DNA of 64,000 nucleotides from a virus (Duplodnaviria > Caudoviricetes), in the IMG/VR virus record IMGVR_UViG_3300034073_002120, one strand, 5' to 3'. Under the pieces are notes generated by a model. The model worked only from the letters and a program-made list of their open reading frames with translations, was not told where the DNA came from and did no database searches. Below, one piece after another: positions 55,819-63,966 of the stretch (positions within the stretch are counted from its first letter, which is position 1; each line of letters starts with the position of its first letter). The translations under genes and the position numbers were made by a program.

Positions 55819-55851
55819 TAAAGATACGAAATGTTTTTCACATTTCCAAAT
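55819..55851 (-). promoter_or_regulatory. Promoter of the giant RNA, followed by hairpin and boxA-like GTTCTTTAAA
   Basis: ATTTGGAAA...TTCGTATCTTTA; gtaatc/gattac hairpin; boxA-like site at 55781-55790. Confidence 0.75.
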
Positions 55852-55861
55852 ATTTTTACAA

Positions 55862-56074
55862 TTATTTTTTAATTATTTTTTTCACATTTTCAACGTGGTC
55901 ATCAATTAACTTTGATAATCTTTGATTACTAAGTAAACTAAGATACAAATTGAAGAACAACATTGCTGAGATGAATGCATATGTATCGAATCTTTTTTCG
56001 ATTACACTTATTATACCACTTAATAATGACATAACACATCCAGTAATTAAAAGAACTTTTTGAAACTTTACCAT
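55862..56074 (-). CDS. Small membrane protein
   Basis: Two hydrophobic helices; behind promoter 56161. Confidence 0.55.
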   Translation of the reverse strand: MVKFQKVLLITGCVMSLLSGIISVIEKRFDTYAFISAMLFFNLYLSLLSNQRLSKLIDDHVENVKKIIKK

Positions 56075-56160
56075 AATTTATTTTTTTTTAAATTGAACAA
56101 TACTACTTTCGTTTTGTTGTTTGATTCATAGATTGCGTTTGGTTGGTTTCTTTTACTTTG

Positions 56161-56193
56161 TAAAGATACGAAAACTTTTTGATATTTCCAAAT
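56161..56193 (-). promoter_or_regulatory. Bacteroidota-type promoter
   Basis: ATTTGGAAA...TTCGTATCTTTA. Confidence 0.75.
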
Positions 56194-56214
56194 CTTTTTT
56201 AAAGTTTTTTTTTT

Positions 56215-56280
56215 GAGTAAGTTAGTATGACGTTTGGCTCTTCACCCAAAGGTTTAGATAACCGGTTCTCTTACTTACTC
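56215..56280 (-). ncRNA. Candidate closed-stem small RNA
   Basis: GAGTAAGT/ACTTACTC 8-bp terminal stem; TTTGG/CCAAA internal hairpin. Confidence 0.45.
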
Positions 56281-56284
56281 TTAG

Positions 56285-56356
56285 TTGCAGGGGAAGGATT
56301 CGAACCTCCGACCTATGGGTTATGAGCCCACCAAGCTACCACTGCTCTACCCTGCG
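56285..56356 (-). tRNA. Initiator tRNA-fMet(CAT)
   Basis: C1.A72 mismatch; GGG/CCC anticodon stem. Confidence 0.93.
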
Positions 56357-56458
56357 ATATAATATTTATTAATAATTGAAATGTTGTACATTTACGGACG
56401 TCTTATTTACGATTAGTCTACTATTCCACAATTATTATATTTCTCAAAGAACGTTTTT

Positions 56459-56534
56459 GTAATCAGATTCAACCATTTGGTATAGTAAACTTCGTCACTC
56501 TTACTTCAGGTACATTTTTACGATTTCTGATTAC
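56459..56534 (-). ncRNA. Candidate closed-stem leader RNA
   Basis: GTAATCAGA/TCTGATTAC 9-bp stem right after promoter; boxA-like site at 56444-56452. Confidence 0.45.
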
Positions 56535-56538
56535 TTTG

Positions 56539-56571
56539 TAAAGATACGAAATTAATTTCACAATTCCAAAT
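56539..56571 (-). promoter_or_regulatory. Bacteroidota-type promoter
   Basis: ATTTGGAAT...TTCGTATCTTTA. Confidence 0.75.
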
Positions 56572-56685
56572 CTTTTTTCATTTATTTTTTTTATTATTAA
56601 AATAATGGTATCCGGCTTTATTCCTTACGGGGTCACATAGTCGGTTTTATTACTATTGGCTTCAACCTTTATTTCAATAACAATA

Positions 56686-56718
56686 CAAAGATACGAAATG
56701 TTTTTGATATTTCCAAAT
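56686..56718 (-). promoter_or_regulatory. Bacteroidota-type promoter
   Basis: ATTTGGAAA...TTCGTATCTTTG. Confidence 0.78.
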
Positions 56719-56775
56719 CTTTTGTAAAGTTTTTTTTCGTATGTATAAATATATAAAAATATACAAAACGTAAAA

Positions 56776-57147
56776 TGGTGGAGATGGAGGGAGTCGAACC
56801 CTCGTCCAAAATATGGTTTAATAAACCTCATTCACAAGCTTAGTTAGTTTTTCTTAACTAACAAAATATATAAAGATTTATACATTCATTATCATTAATG
56901 TTTCCAATTCGATTTCGGGTTCAATTGGGTTTCCACCTGATTTCACATTCTATTTCAAGTCCCACGATGTGTGCGGGAGTAATTAGGCAGCTACTGCGTA
57001 ATCAGCACCAACGAATGCCATAGCATCTTCGAAGGTCATTGTAGATAATTCTACTGCGTTTATTGTTCGATAGGTGTTTAAGGATTTCCATCTAATCCTG
57101 CTTGCAATTATACTAACACTTCATACCTGTCAAAACCGGGCATCCCC
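56776..57147 (-). ncRNA. ssrA: tmRNA; tag AVELSTMTFEDAMAFVGADYAVAA* at 56983-57057
   Basis: 5' GGGGATG...TTTGACAG, 3' GGTTCGACTCCCTCCATCTCCACCA with G3-U70; internal frame ending YAVAA-stop. Confidence 0.93.
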
Positions 57148-57172
57148 ATATATTAAAGAACTTTTTACTTTT

Positions 57173-57344
57173 GCTGTAATGGGAGGATTCGAACACTCCA
57201 CGGTGCGATTCAGTTAGTAACACATTCTTGCAAGATGGTGGTCTACCCCATATTACTAACCTATTTCGTTCTCACCACCCTCGAGACAGGAGGGCTTGTC
57301 TGCCAGATTTGCACACGTACAAATCATTTTCCAACACACTACAA
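57173..57344 (-). ncRNA. 172-nt tRNA-like RNA (D-loop hairpin insert, CTGTCTC loop, very long variable arm)
   Basis: TTGTAGT/ATTACAG acceptor, CCCTC/GAGGG stem, GGTTAGTAA/TTACTAACT, TTCGAAT T-loop. Confidence 0.75.
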
Positions 57345-57353
57345 TTTAATTTG

Positions 57354-57439
57354 CGGAAGGGGTAGGATTCGAACCCACGGTACCTTGCAGTACACTTGAT
57401 TTCAAGTCAAGCGCGATAGACCAACTCTGCCACCCTTCC
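57354..57439 (-). tRNA. tRNA-Ser(TGA)
   Basis: Class II cloverleaf, G73. Confidence 0.95.
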
Positions 57440-57452
57440 ATTATAATATATA

Positions 57453-57683
57453 TTATATATTATGTTTTTCTACTCTACGTTTAGCTTCTTCTGCTTCCTT
57501 CACCATTTTAATCCATGTTATAGTTACATCGACTGGTGCTAAAATACCTGCCATAACTAATACCATTATTGAATCTAACTCTGGTGATGTTCCGTAATCT
57601 ACACCTCGTGTCTTATATTTTTTATTTAATTGATAAAAACAATAAATAATACAAAGAACGTAATAGGTAATAAACCAATTCAT
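57453..57683 (-). CDS. Small membrane protein (start reassigned to MNWFITYY)
   Basis: Two hydrophobic helices; the upstream part of the track ORF overlaps a structured region. Confidence 0.55.
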   Translation of the reverse strand: MNWFITYYVLCIIYCFYQLNKKYKTRGVDYGTSPELDSIMVLVMAGILAPVDVTITWIKMVKEAEEAKRRVEKHNI

Positions 57684-57710
57684 AATTTTATTTTTAGTGG
57701 TTAATAAGTT

Positions 57711-57912
57711 TGAGTTTGTGAGGAATGAATCCAATTAAATAGGTTATCCGAGTTTCAAAGAGGTTTGAGTGTTTTGAAATTACGCGACAAGTGACCCTAA
57801 TATTGTTGAAGTTTGTTAATTATTCATTATCTTATTCGTTCATCCGCTATTTGGTATCATAGTAGAATTGTAAGAATAAACTAATTAGTCAGTTTCAAAC
57901 CCCACTCACTCA
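57711..57912 (-). ncRNA. Candidate structured RNA downstream of the DIP1984-like gene
   Basis: TGAGT...ACTCA terminal pairing; repeated TTTGAAACT/TTTCAAA and ACTCAAAC motifs. Confidence 0.4.
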
Positions 57913-57918
57913 ATATTT

Positions 57919-58347
57919 TTAGATTTGGGTATTCGAATTATGAATATCCAATTCATTTTGCAACTCTTCAATTGTTTCACCCAACGTGTCCACTTTGTTT
58001 TGAATATCCACAACATTCAATTCCACTTCCTTTACTGAAACGACACTTCCGTATCTTTCATTTATTTTACCTTCTTCGGTTGGAACTTTCTTTAATTCCT
58101 TTACCAACCCTTTCAACTCTGCCAATGCAAAGATTTTATCATACACCGGTTGGTTTGCTTTATGAATTTTTGCTTTCAATTTAACTAATTCAAATTGCAA
58201 TGTGTCGATTTTATCCAATGTATCTTTCATTGAATATCTACGAGGGTTTCCTTCCTCAATCGAGTTATACTTTTTCAAAATCTCATATTGAGCTTTTAAA
58301 TCAGTAACTAATTTGTTTTTCTGTTTTAATGCTTGTTTTACGTTCAT
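57919..58347 (-). CDS. DIP1984/septicolysin-like helical protein
   Basis: MNVKQALKQKNKL...LVKLKAKIHKAN...ELQNELDIHN pattern. Confidence 0.5.
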   Translation of the reverse strand: MNVKQALKQKNKLVTDLKAQYEILKKYNSIEEGNPRRYSMKDTLDKIDTLQFELVKLKAKIHKANQPVYDKIFALAELKGLVKELKKVPTEEGKINERYGSVVSVKEVELNVVDIQNKVDTLGETIEELQNELDIHNSNTQI

Positions 58348-58372
58348 CTTTTATGATTTTATTTTTGTTTTA

Positions 58373-58405
58373 CAAATATACGAATAATTTTTTACATTTC
58401 CAAAT
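58373..58405 (-). promoter_or_regulatory. Bacteroidota-type promoter
   Basis: ATTTGGAAA...TTCGTATATTTG. Confidence 0.78.
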
Positions 58406-58605
58406 TAAAATGTAGAATTTTTTACATCTTGTAGAAAGTTTATCAATCTTTCCATTTTTTCTGATACACTTGTTGTTCCAGCGATTGGCTGTAATTCTTC
58501 AACTAAATCTGCTAGAGATGCTGCAGTAACAATTAATGCATCTTCTTTTGAACTCAAATAATTATCTGAAATTCTATACTTTCGTGAAATGTCTTGTAAT
58601 GTCAT
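58405..58605 (-). CDS. Hypothetical protein
   Basis: 66 aa; ATATTTATA motif at 58628. Confidence 0.55.
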   Translation of the reverse strand: MTLQDISRKYRISDNYLSSKEDALIVTAASLADLVEELQPIAGTTSVSEKMERLINFLQDVKNSTF

Positions 58606-58640
58606 AATATACCTTTATTTATTTATATATAAATATATGA

Positions 58641-59303
58641 TTATTTGGTTTCCGCTAATTCATCTTCGTACCAACTATTATACATTTCTCTGATTTCTAA
58701 TGGTACGCCTTTACCAAACGAATCAGATTCCCACCCATATTGTAGATATGCTTGAATCTCATCATCGATTACCGAATCAGTATAACCCATTTTAATTAGA
58801 TTCTTTTTGAATGTTTTATAATCTTTTTTTGAAATGTTTTTAGTTACACCATCTACAATTGATTTATAATTGGAATCGGTGTAATATAATCCATGACAAA
58901 CTTCATGGTGAAACGTATCACCTTCGGTATTTCCTGCACCAATAATATATCCATCAGCATCATCACCATTTAATTCATAAATCTGATGTACGATTGATTC
59001 CATCACATCATCATAATCGGTATATCTATCTCTTAACGTATCGTAACATGCATATGCAATTTCCAACGGAACATTAAATCCACTCCAATCTATCCCGTAT
59101 GTAAACCCCTTACCATATTCTTTACTATACCATTTCATATATTCGGTAAAACTAAAATGTATATTACCTCTGAATTGTGGATTTGGACATTCGTAGAACT
59201 CTTGTATTCGTAGAAAGGTCATTGCTCTATCATACGAATCTTCAATAAGAACTGCGAATATCTTTGGTTTTACTTTTTCTATTTTATATTTTATATCTAT
59301 CAT
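58641..59303 (-). CDS. HExxH metallopeptidase-like protein
   Basis: HHEVCHGLYY, DDEIQAY. Confidence 0.55.
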   Translation of the reverse strand: MIDIKYKIEKVKPKIFAVLIEDSYDRAMTFLRIQEFYECPNPQFRGNIHFSFTEYMKWYSKEYGKGFTYGIDWSGFNVPLEIAYACYDTLRDRYTDYDDVMESIVHQIYELNGDDADGYIIGAGNTEGDTFHHEVCHGLYYTDSNYKSIVDGVTKNISKKDYKTFKKNLIKMGYTDSVIDDEIQAYLQYGWESDSFGKGVPLEIREMYNSWYEDELAETK

Positions 59304-59572
59304 CTTTTAGCGTAATATTTTTTATCTATATTAATTTCGATTGTATCAATACCAACACTATCACAAATAGTTTCTGTTTCCATACCATAGTGATAATTCC
59401 ATTTACCATCTAACATATTATATCCATAATGATAGCCGTAGTTAGTTTCAGTATGCGATTTAACACATGGTTGTGAGAACATATACTCATTACCATTAGA
59501 ATCTACATAATCAGGTTTAATTGGGTCACACGCCGATAGTAATATAACTAATCCTAATAAAATCCGTTTCAT
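59300..59572 (-). CDS. Small lipoprotein
   Basis: Lipobox LLSA-C. Confidence 0.65.
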   Translation of the reverse strand: MKRILLGLVILLSACDPIKPDYVDSNGNEYMFSQPCVKSHTETNYGYHYGYNMLDGKWNYHYGMETETICDSVGIDTIEINIDKKYYAKR

Positions 59573-59596
59573 ATTTTATGTTTTAAATTTATAAGA

Positions 59597-59629
59597 CTAA
59601 ATTACGAAAAATAAATGAGATTTCCAAAT
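59597..59629 (-). promoter_or_regulatory. Bacteroidota-type promoter
   Basis: ATTTGGAAA...TTCGTAATTTAG. Confidence 0.7.
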
Positions 59630-59804
59630 TTATTTTATTGGATTTATAAGAGATTGATTATCAACATATTATGAATATTTAAAATGTTAATAACTTTCTT
59701 CAAAAAAAGTGTGCTAAAAATTCTGAAAAGCTAATAATTATAAAAGAGCTTTAAAACTAGAAGCTGATAAAGTTAAAAATAAAAGTATAAGTAAGAGCTT
59801 AAAG

Positions 59805-60056
59805 CTACTTAGCTTTCCAAACTCCCCCACTCTTAATCCAATCGTTTCTTAATTGGGCTAAAAGTTTTTGTTCCTCACTCCCATCTCTATACCAACCCTT
59901 CGAAAGTATTTCTGTCAAAAACACTCTTGCATTTGCAATTACTCCGATTTCTTGATATGATGTTTTATCTTTTGTCATCAAATCTCTCAACCAAGCATCT
60001 ATTAAATTGATTAATTGTATTTGTTTATCATCTATATGGATTACATTACCTTTCAT
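59805..60056 (-). CDS. Hypothetical protein
   Basis: 83-aa ORF. Confidence 0.55.
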   Translation of the reverse strand: MKGNVIHIDDKQIQLINLIDAWLRDLMTKDKTSYQEIGVIANARVFLTEILSKGWYRDGSEEQKLLAQLRNDWIKSGGVWKAK

Positions 60057-60077
60057 AACGATTTTGAGCGGGCAAGA

Positions 60078-60365
60078 TTAATGAGAAATTGGATTTCCAT
60101 ATATTGAGGTGTAAATACCAACAATACCAACTAATAACCAAAAGAAATTCAATAGGATATATGATTTGTTATTACGTTCCCATGCTGCATAAGTAAGAAT
60201 GATAGCATCAATAGTATTCCATATCCACATCCAAAGAAATGGAGTATCTTTACCTAAGATGGATAAAGTACCAAACGCCATAATTCGCATTATAACTCCA
60301 ATCCCTTCTAATAACTCTAAAACCTTTTCTGATTTAATTAATTTTCCGTTTGTTGGTTGATTCAT
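60078..60365 (-). CDS. Small membrane protein
   Basis: Three hydrophobic segments. Confidence 0.6.
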   Translation of the reverse strand: MNQPTNGKLIKSEKVLELLEGIGVIMRIMAFGTLSILGKDTPFLWMWIWNTIDAIILTYAAWERNNKSYILLNFFWLLVGIVGIYTSIYGNPISH

Positions 60366-60366
60366 A

Positions 60367-62085
60367 TTATATAAGATTTCTCTTTACAATTTCGGGTAAC
60401 GATATTAATATCGGCTCTGGTGTATCTTCTACCACCTCCGGTTCAATTATTTGGGTTTCTATTTCTTCTTTCAATTCTAAATACAATCCTCTATTATAAA
60501 CTGAATATGGTATTCCAATTTTTATAAAAAGTTCTTCGGCCCTATTTAATCTATCCAATCTATCCATCGGTGTATTGTATTTTGTTGAAAAATTTACACC
60601 ATTTATATATTCAATCCATTCTTGCTCAGTATCTCTCCATCGTATTAATAAAGGTTGATGTATTAGAAAAGCAGAACAAGTTAAAATTTCAGACATTACA
60701 TCATAATATTCTGCCACAAAATCTAATGTCTTTTGAAAATCTTCTTCACTTTCGTTTAAGTATCCGATAATTAATTGCATTGCAAACATCAACGGCCATT
60801 CATTTTCTTTATTTATTTGTCTTACGTTTTCAAATATCTCTCTAACACCTTCCATATTATTATACTTTTTCATATGGTCTAATACGGGTTCGGATGCAGA
60901 TTCAAAACCGGTAATCATTTTCATCAATCCAGCTTTACGATATAAACGCATTGTATCTAAATCTCGCATAGCAGATTGTAATCTCATATTACCACCCCAT
61001 GTGATATTGATATTTTTTTCTATTATTTTTTCACAAAATTCCTTCAACCATTTTGGATTACCATTAATGATTGAATCATGACAAAAGAAATTAGTATGAC
61101 CCTTAGCAACCCAGTGTTCGATTTCTTCAATAACATTATCAACGTTTCTATAACGAAACTCTGGTATAAAATCCGGCACTGAGCAGAATGAACATCTATA
61201 AGGACATCCTCTACTCATTACTAATGGAACATTATATTGATATATCGATTTATAATAGTAATTATCTTCTAATGAACTATAATCTGGATATGGAAGTGAA
61301 TCCATATTTACATTCTGACGAGGTCTATTATGAATAAATACCCCATTACATTGCCAAACCAATCCATTAATTTTCATTAAAGATTCTTCACTCCAATCCG
61401 ATTTAAGAATTTCAACGAATGTGATTTCACCATCTCCTCTAGAAATAGCATCTATGAATGTATAATTTTTTGTTACATAATTTGAATTAGGTAATTTACC
61501 AAAATCTAATACTTCAACTCCATTACCGCCCACTAATATTTTTACATGAGGGTATTTTTCTTTTATCAATTTAGCAATAGCAAGTGTTGCATCAACATTA
61601 CCATCGATAATACTAAATCCTAAAAATGCAGGATTAGCTTTTTCAATATATCTACCCACAAAACCATATGCAATATCAAATATCTCTTTATGATTATAAA
61701 GTAATTCGTATTGTCCTTGTTTTGAATAGGTGTTAAAAAGATTAAAAAACTCACCTTGTTTATCAGGTGGATTTAAGAAAAAATAATCAATTACAGGGTC
61801 TATAATTGCAACCCTTAAATCTGGATGAAATTTATCTATATAAGATTTTAATGCAACTATACCGGAATAGTAACCAGATTCATTAATGTTTGGGACTTGT
61901 AATAATAAACAATCTTGTTCTTCAATATCTTCAAAATGAAATTTATGTTGAATTTCAATTTTAGAATTTTTTGCAATATTATTTTGTCTGATGTATTGTA
62001 GTAAATCTACTTTTACATCAAAAATTTCAGTACCATTTTCTAGTTGGTCTTTTAATCTAATTTCAGTATTTGTAAGTTCTTGCAT
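60367..62085 (-). CDS. Cobalamin-binding radical SAM enzyme
   Basis: B12-binding-like region (LGFSII...ILVGG), SRGCPYRCSFC, GFES; ends KRNLI. Confidence 0.88.
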   Translation of the reverse strand: MQELTNTEIRLKDQLENGTEIFDVKVDLLQYIRQNNIAKNSKIEIQHKFHFEDIEEQDCLLLQVPNINESGYYSGIVALKSYIDKFHPDLRVAIIDPVIDYFFLNPPDKQGEFFNLFNTYSKQGQYELLYNHKEIFDIAYGFVGRYIEKANPAFLGFSIIDGNVDATLAIAKLIKEKYPHVKILVGGNGVEVLDFGKLPNSNYVTKNYTFIDAISRGDGEITFVEILKSDWSEESLMKINGLVWQCNGVFIHNRPRQNVNMDSLPYPDYSSLEDNYYYKSIYQYNVPLVMSRGCPYRCSFCSVPDFIPEFRYRNVDNVIEEIEHWVAKGHTNFFCHDSIINGNPKWLKEFCEKIIEKNINITWGGNMRLQSAMRDLDTMRLYRKAGLMKMITGFESASEPVLDHMKKYNNMEGVREIFENVRQINKENEWPLMFAMQLIIGYLNESEEDFQKTLDFVAEYYDVMSEILTCSAFLIHQPLLIRWRDTEQEWIEYINGVNFSTKYNTPMDRLDRLNRAEELFIKIGIPYSVYNRGLYLELKEEIETQIIEPEVVEDTPEPILISLPEIVKRNLI

Positions 62086-62088
62086 ATA

Positions 62089-62349
62089 TTACCACTTACC
62101 TAATGGACAGTGTGAACCTTTTGATAAAGTTTTTGCGGATATGTTACAACCACATCCTTTTGTTATTTGTTTCGTAACTTCATGAAATCCACTTCTACTT
62201 GTTGAACATGAGTTTCCATCTCTCATATGACATGAATCACAAAATGTTAATCGTTTAGATGCTAATTCTTGAGTATCCGAATCTAACATATCGAATTTAT
62301 CTCTAACATAATTTCCCCACCCTTCTAAGATGTGTATAACATTTGCCAT
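62089..62349 (-). CDS. Small Cys-rich zinc-finger-like protein
   Basis: CDSC, GCGC, CPLGKW. Confidence 0.65.
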   Translation of the reverse strand: MANVIHILEGWGNYVRDKFDMLDSDTQELASKRLTFCDSCHMRDGNSCSTSRSGFHEVTKQITKGCGCNISAKTLSKGSHCPLGKW

Positions 62350-62668
62350 AATTATTTTTTCTTATTTTTTCTACGTTGTGAATCTCGTTTCATTGCATCC
62401 ATTAACCAGACAGTTAAACCTCCAGCTAAGAATGCACCAACACTATTCACTATTTGATTTATATCCATAATAGTATATATAAGAAAAAATTATTTTATCC
62501 AATCTCCATAAGCCCAATGATATGATTCAACTTTATCATGTCCTTCATTGATATATTTTTGGGCAGTTTCTTCTACCTCAACTCGTAATCCCCAAGCTGA
62601 TGCTTCTAATAAAATCATTTCGATTTCTTGCAAATCTCCGATTGTTAATTCTGATGTCATATAATTTA

Positions 62669-62941
62669 TTATTTTCTTTGTCTAGTAACTTCAATTGTAA
62701 CTCTACTACCAACTGGAGTAGTATATAATTTCAATCCTCGTTCTTCTTCTATAAACCCATCATCTGTTTTAACAATAGTTACATATCTATTATGTCCGTG
62801 TCCATTCGCGGTTACAACGTGCTCATAAACAACACCACCAACCTCTTTTCTTTCGGTAGTTAAAGTAATTAGTAATACAAATCCAAGCATTACTAATGTT
62901 AGTAATACCCATCCCCAATTATATCTAATAAATTCTTTCAT
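62669..62941 (-). CDS. Membrane-anchored OB-fold-like protein
   Basis: N-terminal hydrophobic helix. Confidence 0.55.
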   Translation of the reverse strand: MKEFIRYNWGWVLLTLVMLGFVLLITLTTERKEVGGVVYEHVVTANGHGHNRYVTIVKTDDGFIEEERGLKLYTTPVGSRVTIEVTRQRK

Positions 62942-62948
62942 ATATTAA

Positions 62949-63302
62949 TTAGTTTTCGTATGCTTTAGGTGAAGGTAATCCACTATATTCACAATTTAAT
63001 TCTTCGCGTTGTTTTCTCAATTCAGCTTTTACATCTTCCGAAAAATAAATACCATCACTTTCCATATCAGCGATTGTTCTATTCATAGCTTTGTAGATTA
63101 ATTCTTTTTGTTTTGGTGATAATTTCTTATTAGATTCTTCATCGAAGAATCTACCTACAAAATTAACTAATCCAGCACGAGGACCTCTTTCTTTAGTATG
63201 AGTGTATCCTTCTCGTGACATAATATCAAATTCTCTATATGTTGCAATTCCAAATACAACAAATAATGTAACTACTACTGATGTTAATAAAACTATTTCC
63301 AT
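62949..63302 (-). CDS. Membrane-anchored hypothetical protein
   Basis: N-terminal helix; ends CEYSGLPSPKAYEN. Confidence 0.55.
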   Translation of the reverse strand: MEIVLLTSVVVTLFVVFGIATYREFDIMSREGYTHTKERGPRAGLVNFVGRFFDEESNKKLSPKQKELIYKAMNRTIADMESDGIYFSEDVKAELRKQREELNCEYSGLPSPKAYEN

Positions 63303-63604
63303 TATTTTTTTGTTTTAGAATTTACATAATTTAATAATCCCAAAATCGTTGGAGGCCACAATCCAATAAAGATTGCCTTATTTACATCGTTCTCAACTAA
63401 GTAGTGATATTCACTAACAAAGATTACTACGATTGTCATTACTAATATCAGAATTTCTGATGTCTTAAAGTTTTTCATTTTATTTTACGTTTTTAATTTC
63501 TTTACCCAATAAATAACACATACCACCTAACATTCCAAACAATATTCCTAAATGGATTGTATCTAATGCTACACCGATATAATCCCACATATCATAAACT
63601 CTCA

Positions 63605-63859
63605 TTACAAATAACAATTAGCGTTACACATAGTTAATAAAAAGATATTGTTTCTACAATCAGAATCTGCTCTATTCATTGCCAGATACAAATTGTTAGA
63701 AACTACTGCTTCTACAAATCCACCACCTGCATAAGATGATTTATCTCGCGTACACATAATAGAAACCATTATGTCGATTATATGCGAACTTACATTTGGG
63801 AATCCCCATTCATTAGCAAACTCAATTGCCTTTACTCTACATTTTTCTCTAATATCCAT
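63605..63859 (-). CDS. Hypothetical protein
   Basis: 84 aa behind promoter 63896. Confidence 0.55.
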   Translation of the reverse strand: MDIREKCRVKAIEFANEWGFPNVSSHIIDIMVSIMCTRDKSSYAGGGFVEAVVSNNLYLAMNRADSDCRNNIFLLTMCNANCYL

Positions 63860-63895
63860 ATTTTAAGTTTTATTTGTTTATCTCTTATTACAATG

Positions 63896-63928
63896 CTAAT
63901 ATACAACCTTTTTTTGAATTTTCCAAAT
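63896..63928 (-). promoter_or_regulatory. Bacteroidota-type early promoter
   Basis: ATTTGGAAA...TTGTATATTAG. Confidence 0.7.
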
Positions 63929-63938
63929 TTTTTCGCAT

Positions 63939-63966
63939 AAAAAAACCCCTATTTTTTGGGGTCTTT
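63939..63966 (-). terminator. Intrinsic terminator
   Basis: gacccc-aaaaaata-ggggt followed by a T run on the minus strand. Confidence 0.65.

Noticed and set aside
393-62185. Many short antisense ORFs (e.g. 393, 535, 2749, 8061, 11470, 12740, 25972, 31061, 49498)
   Set aside because: They are shadows of long, motif-bearing genes on the opposite strand.
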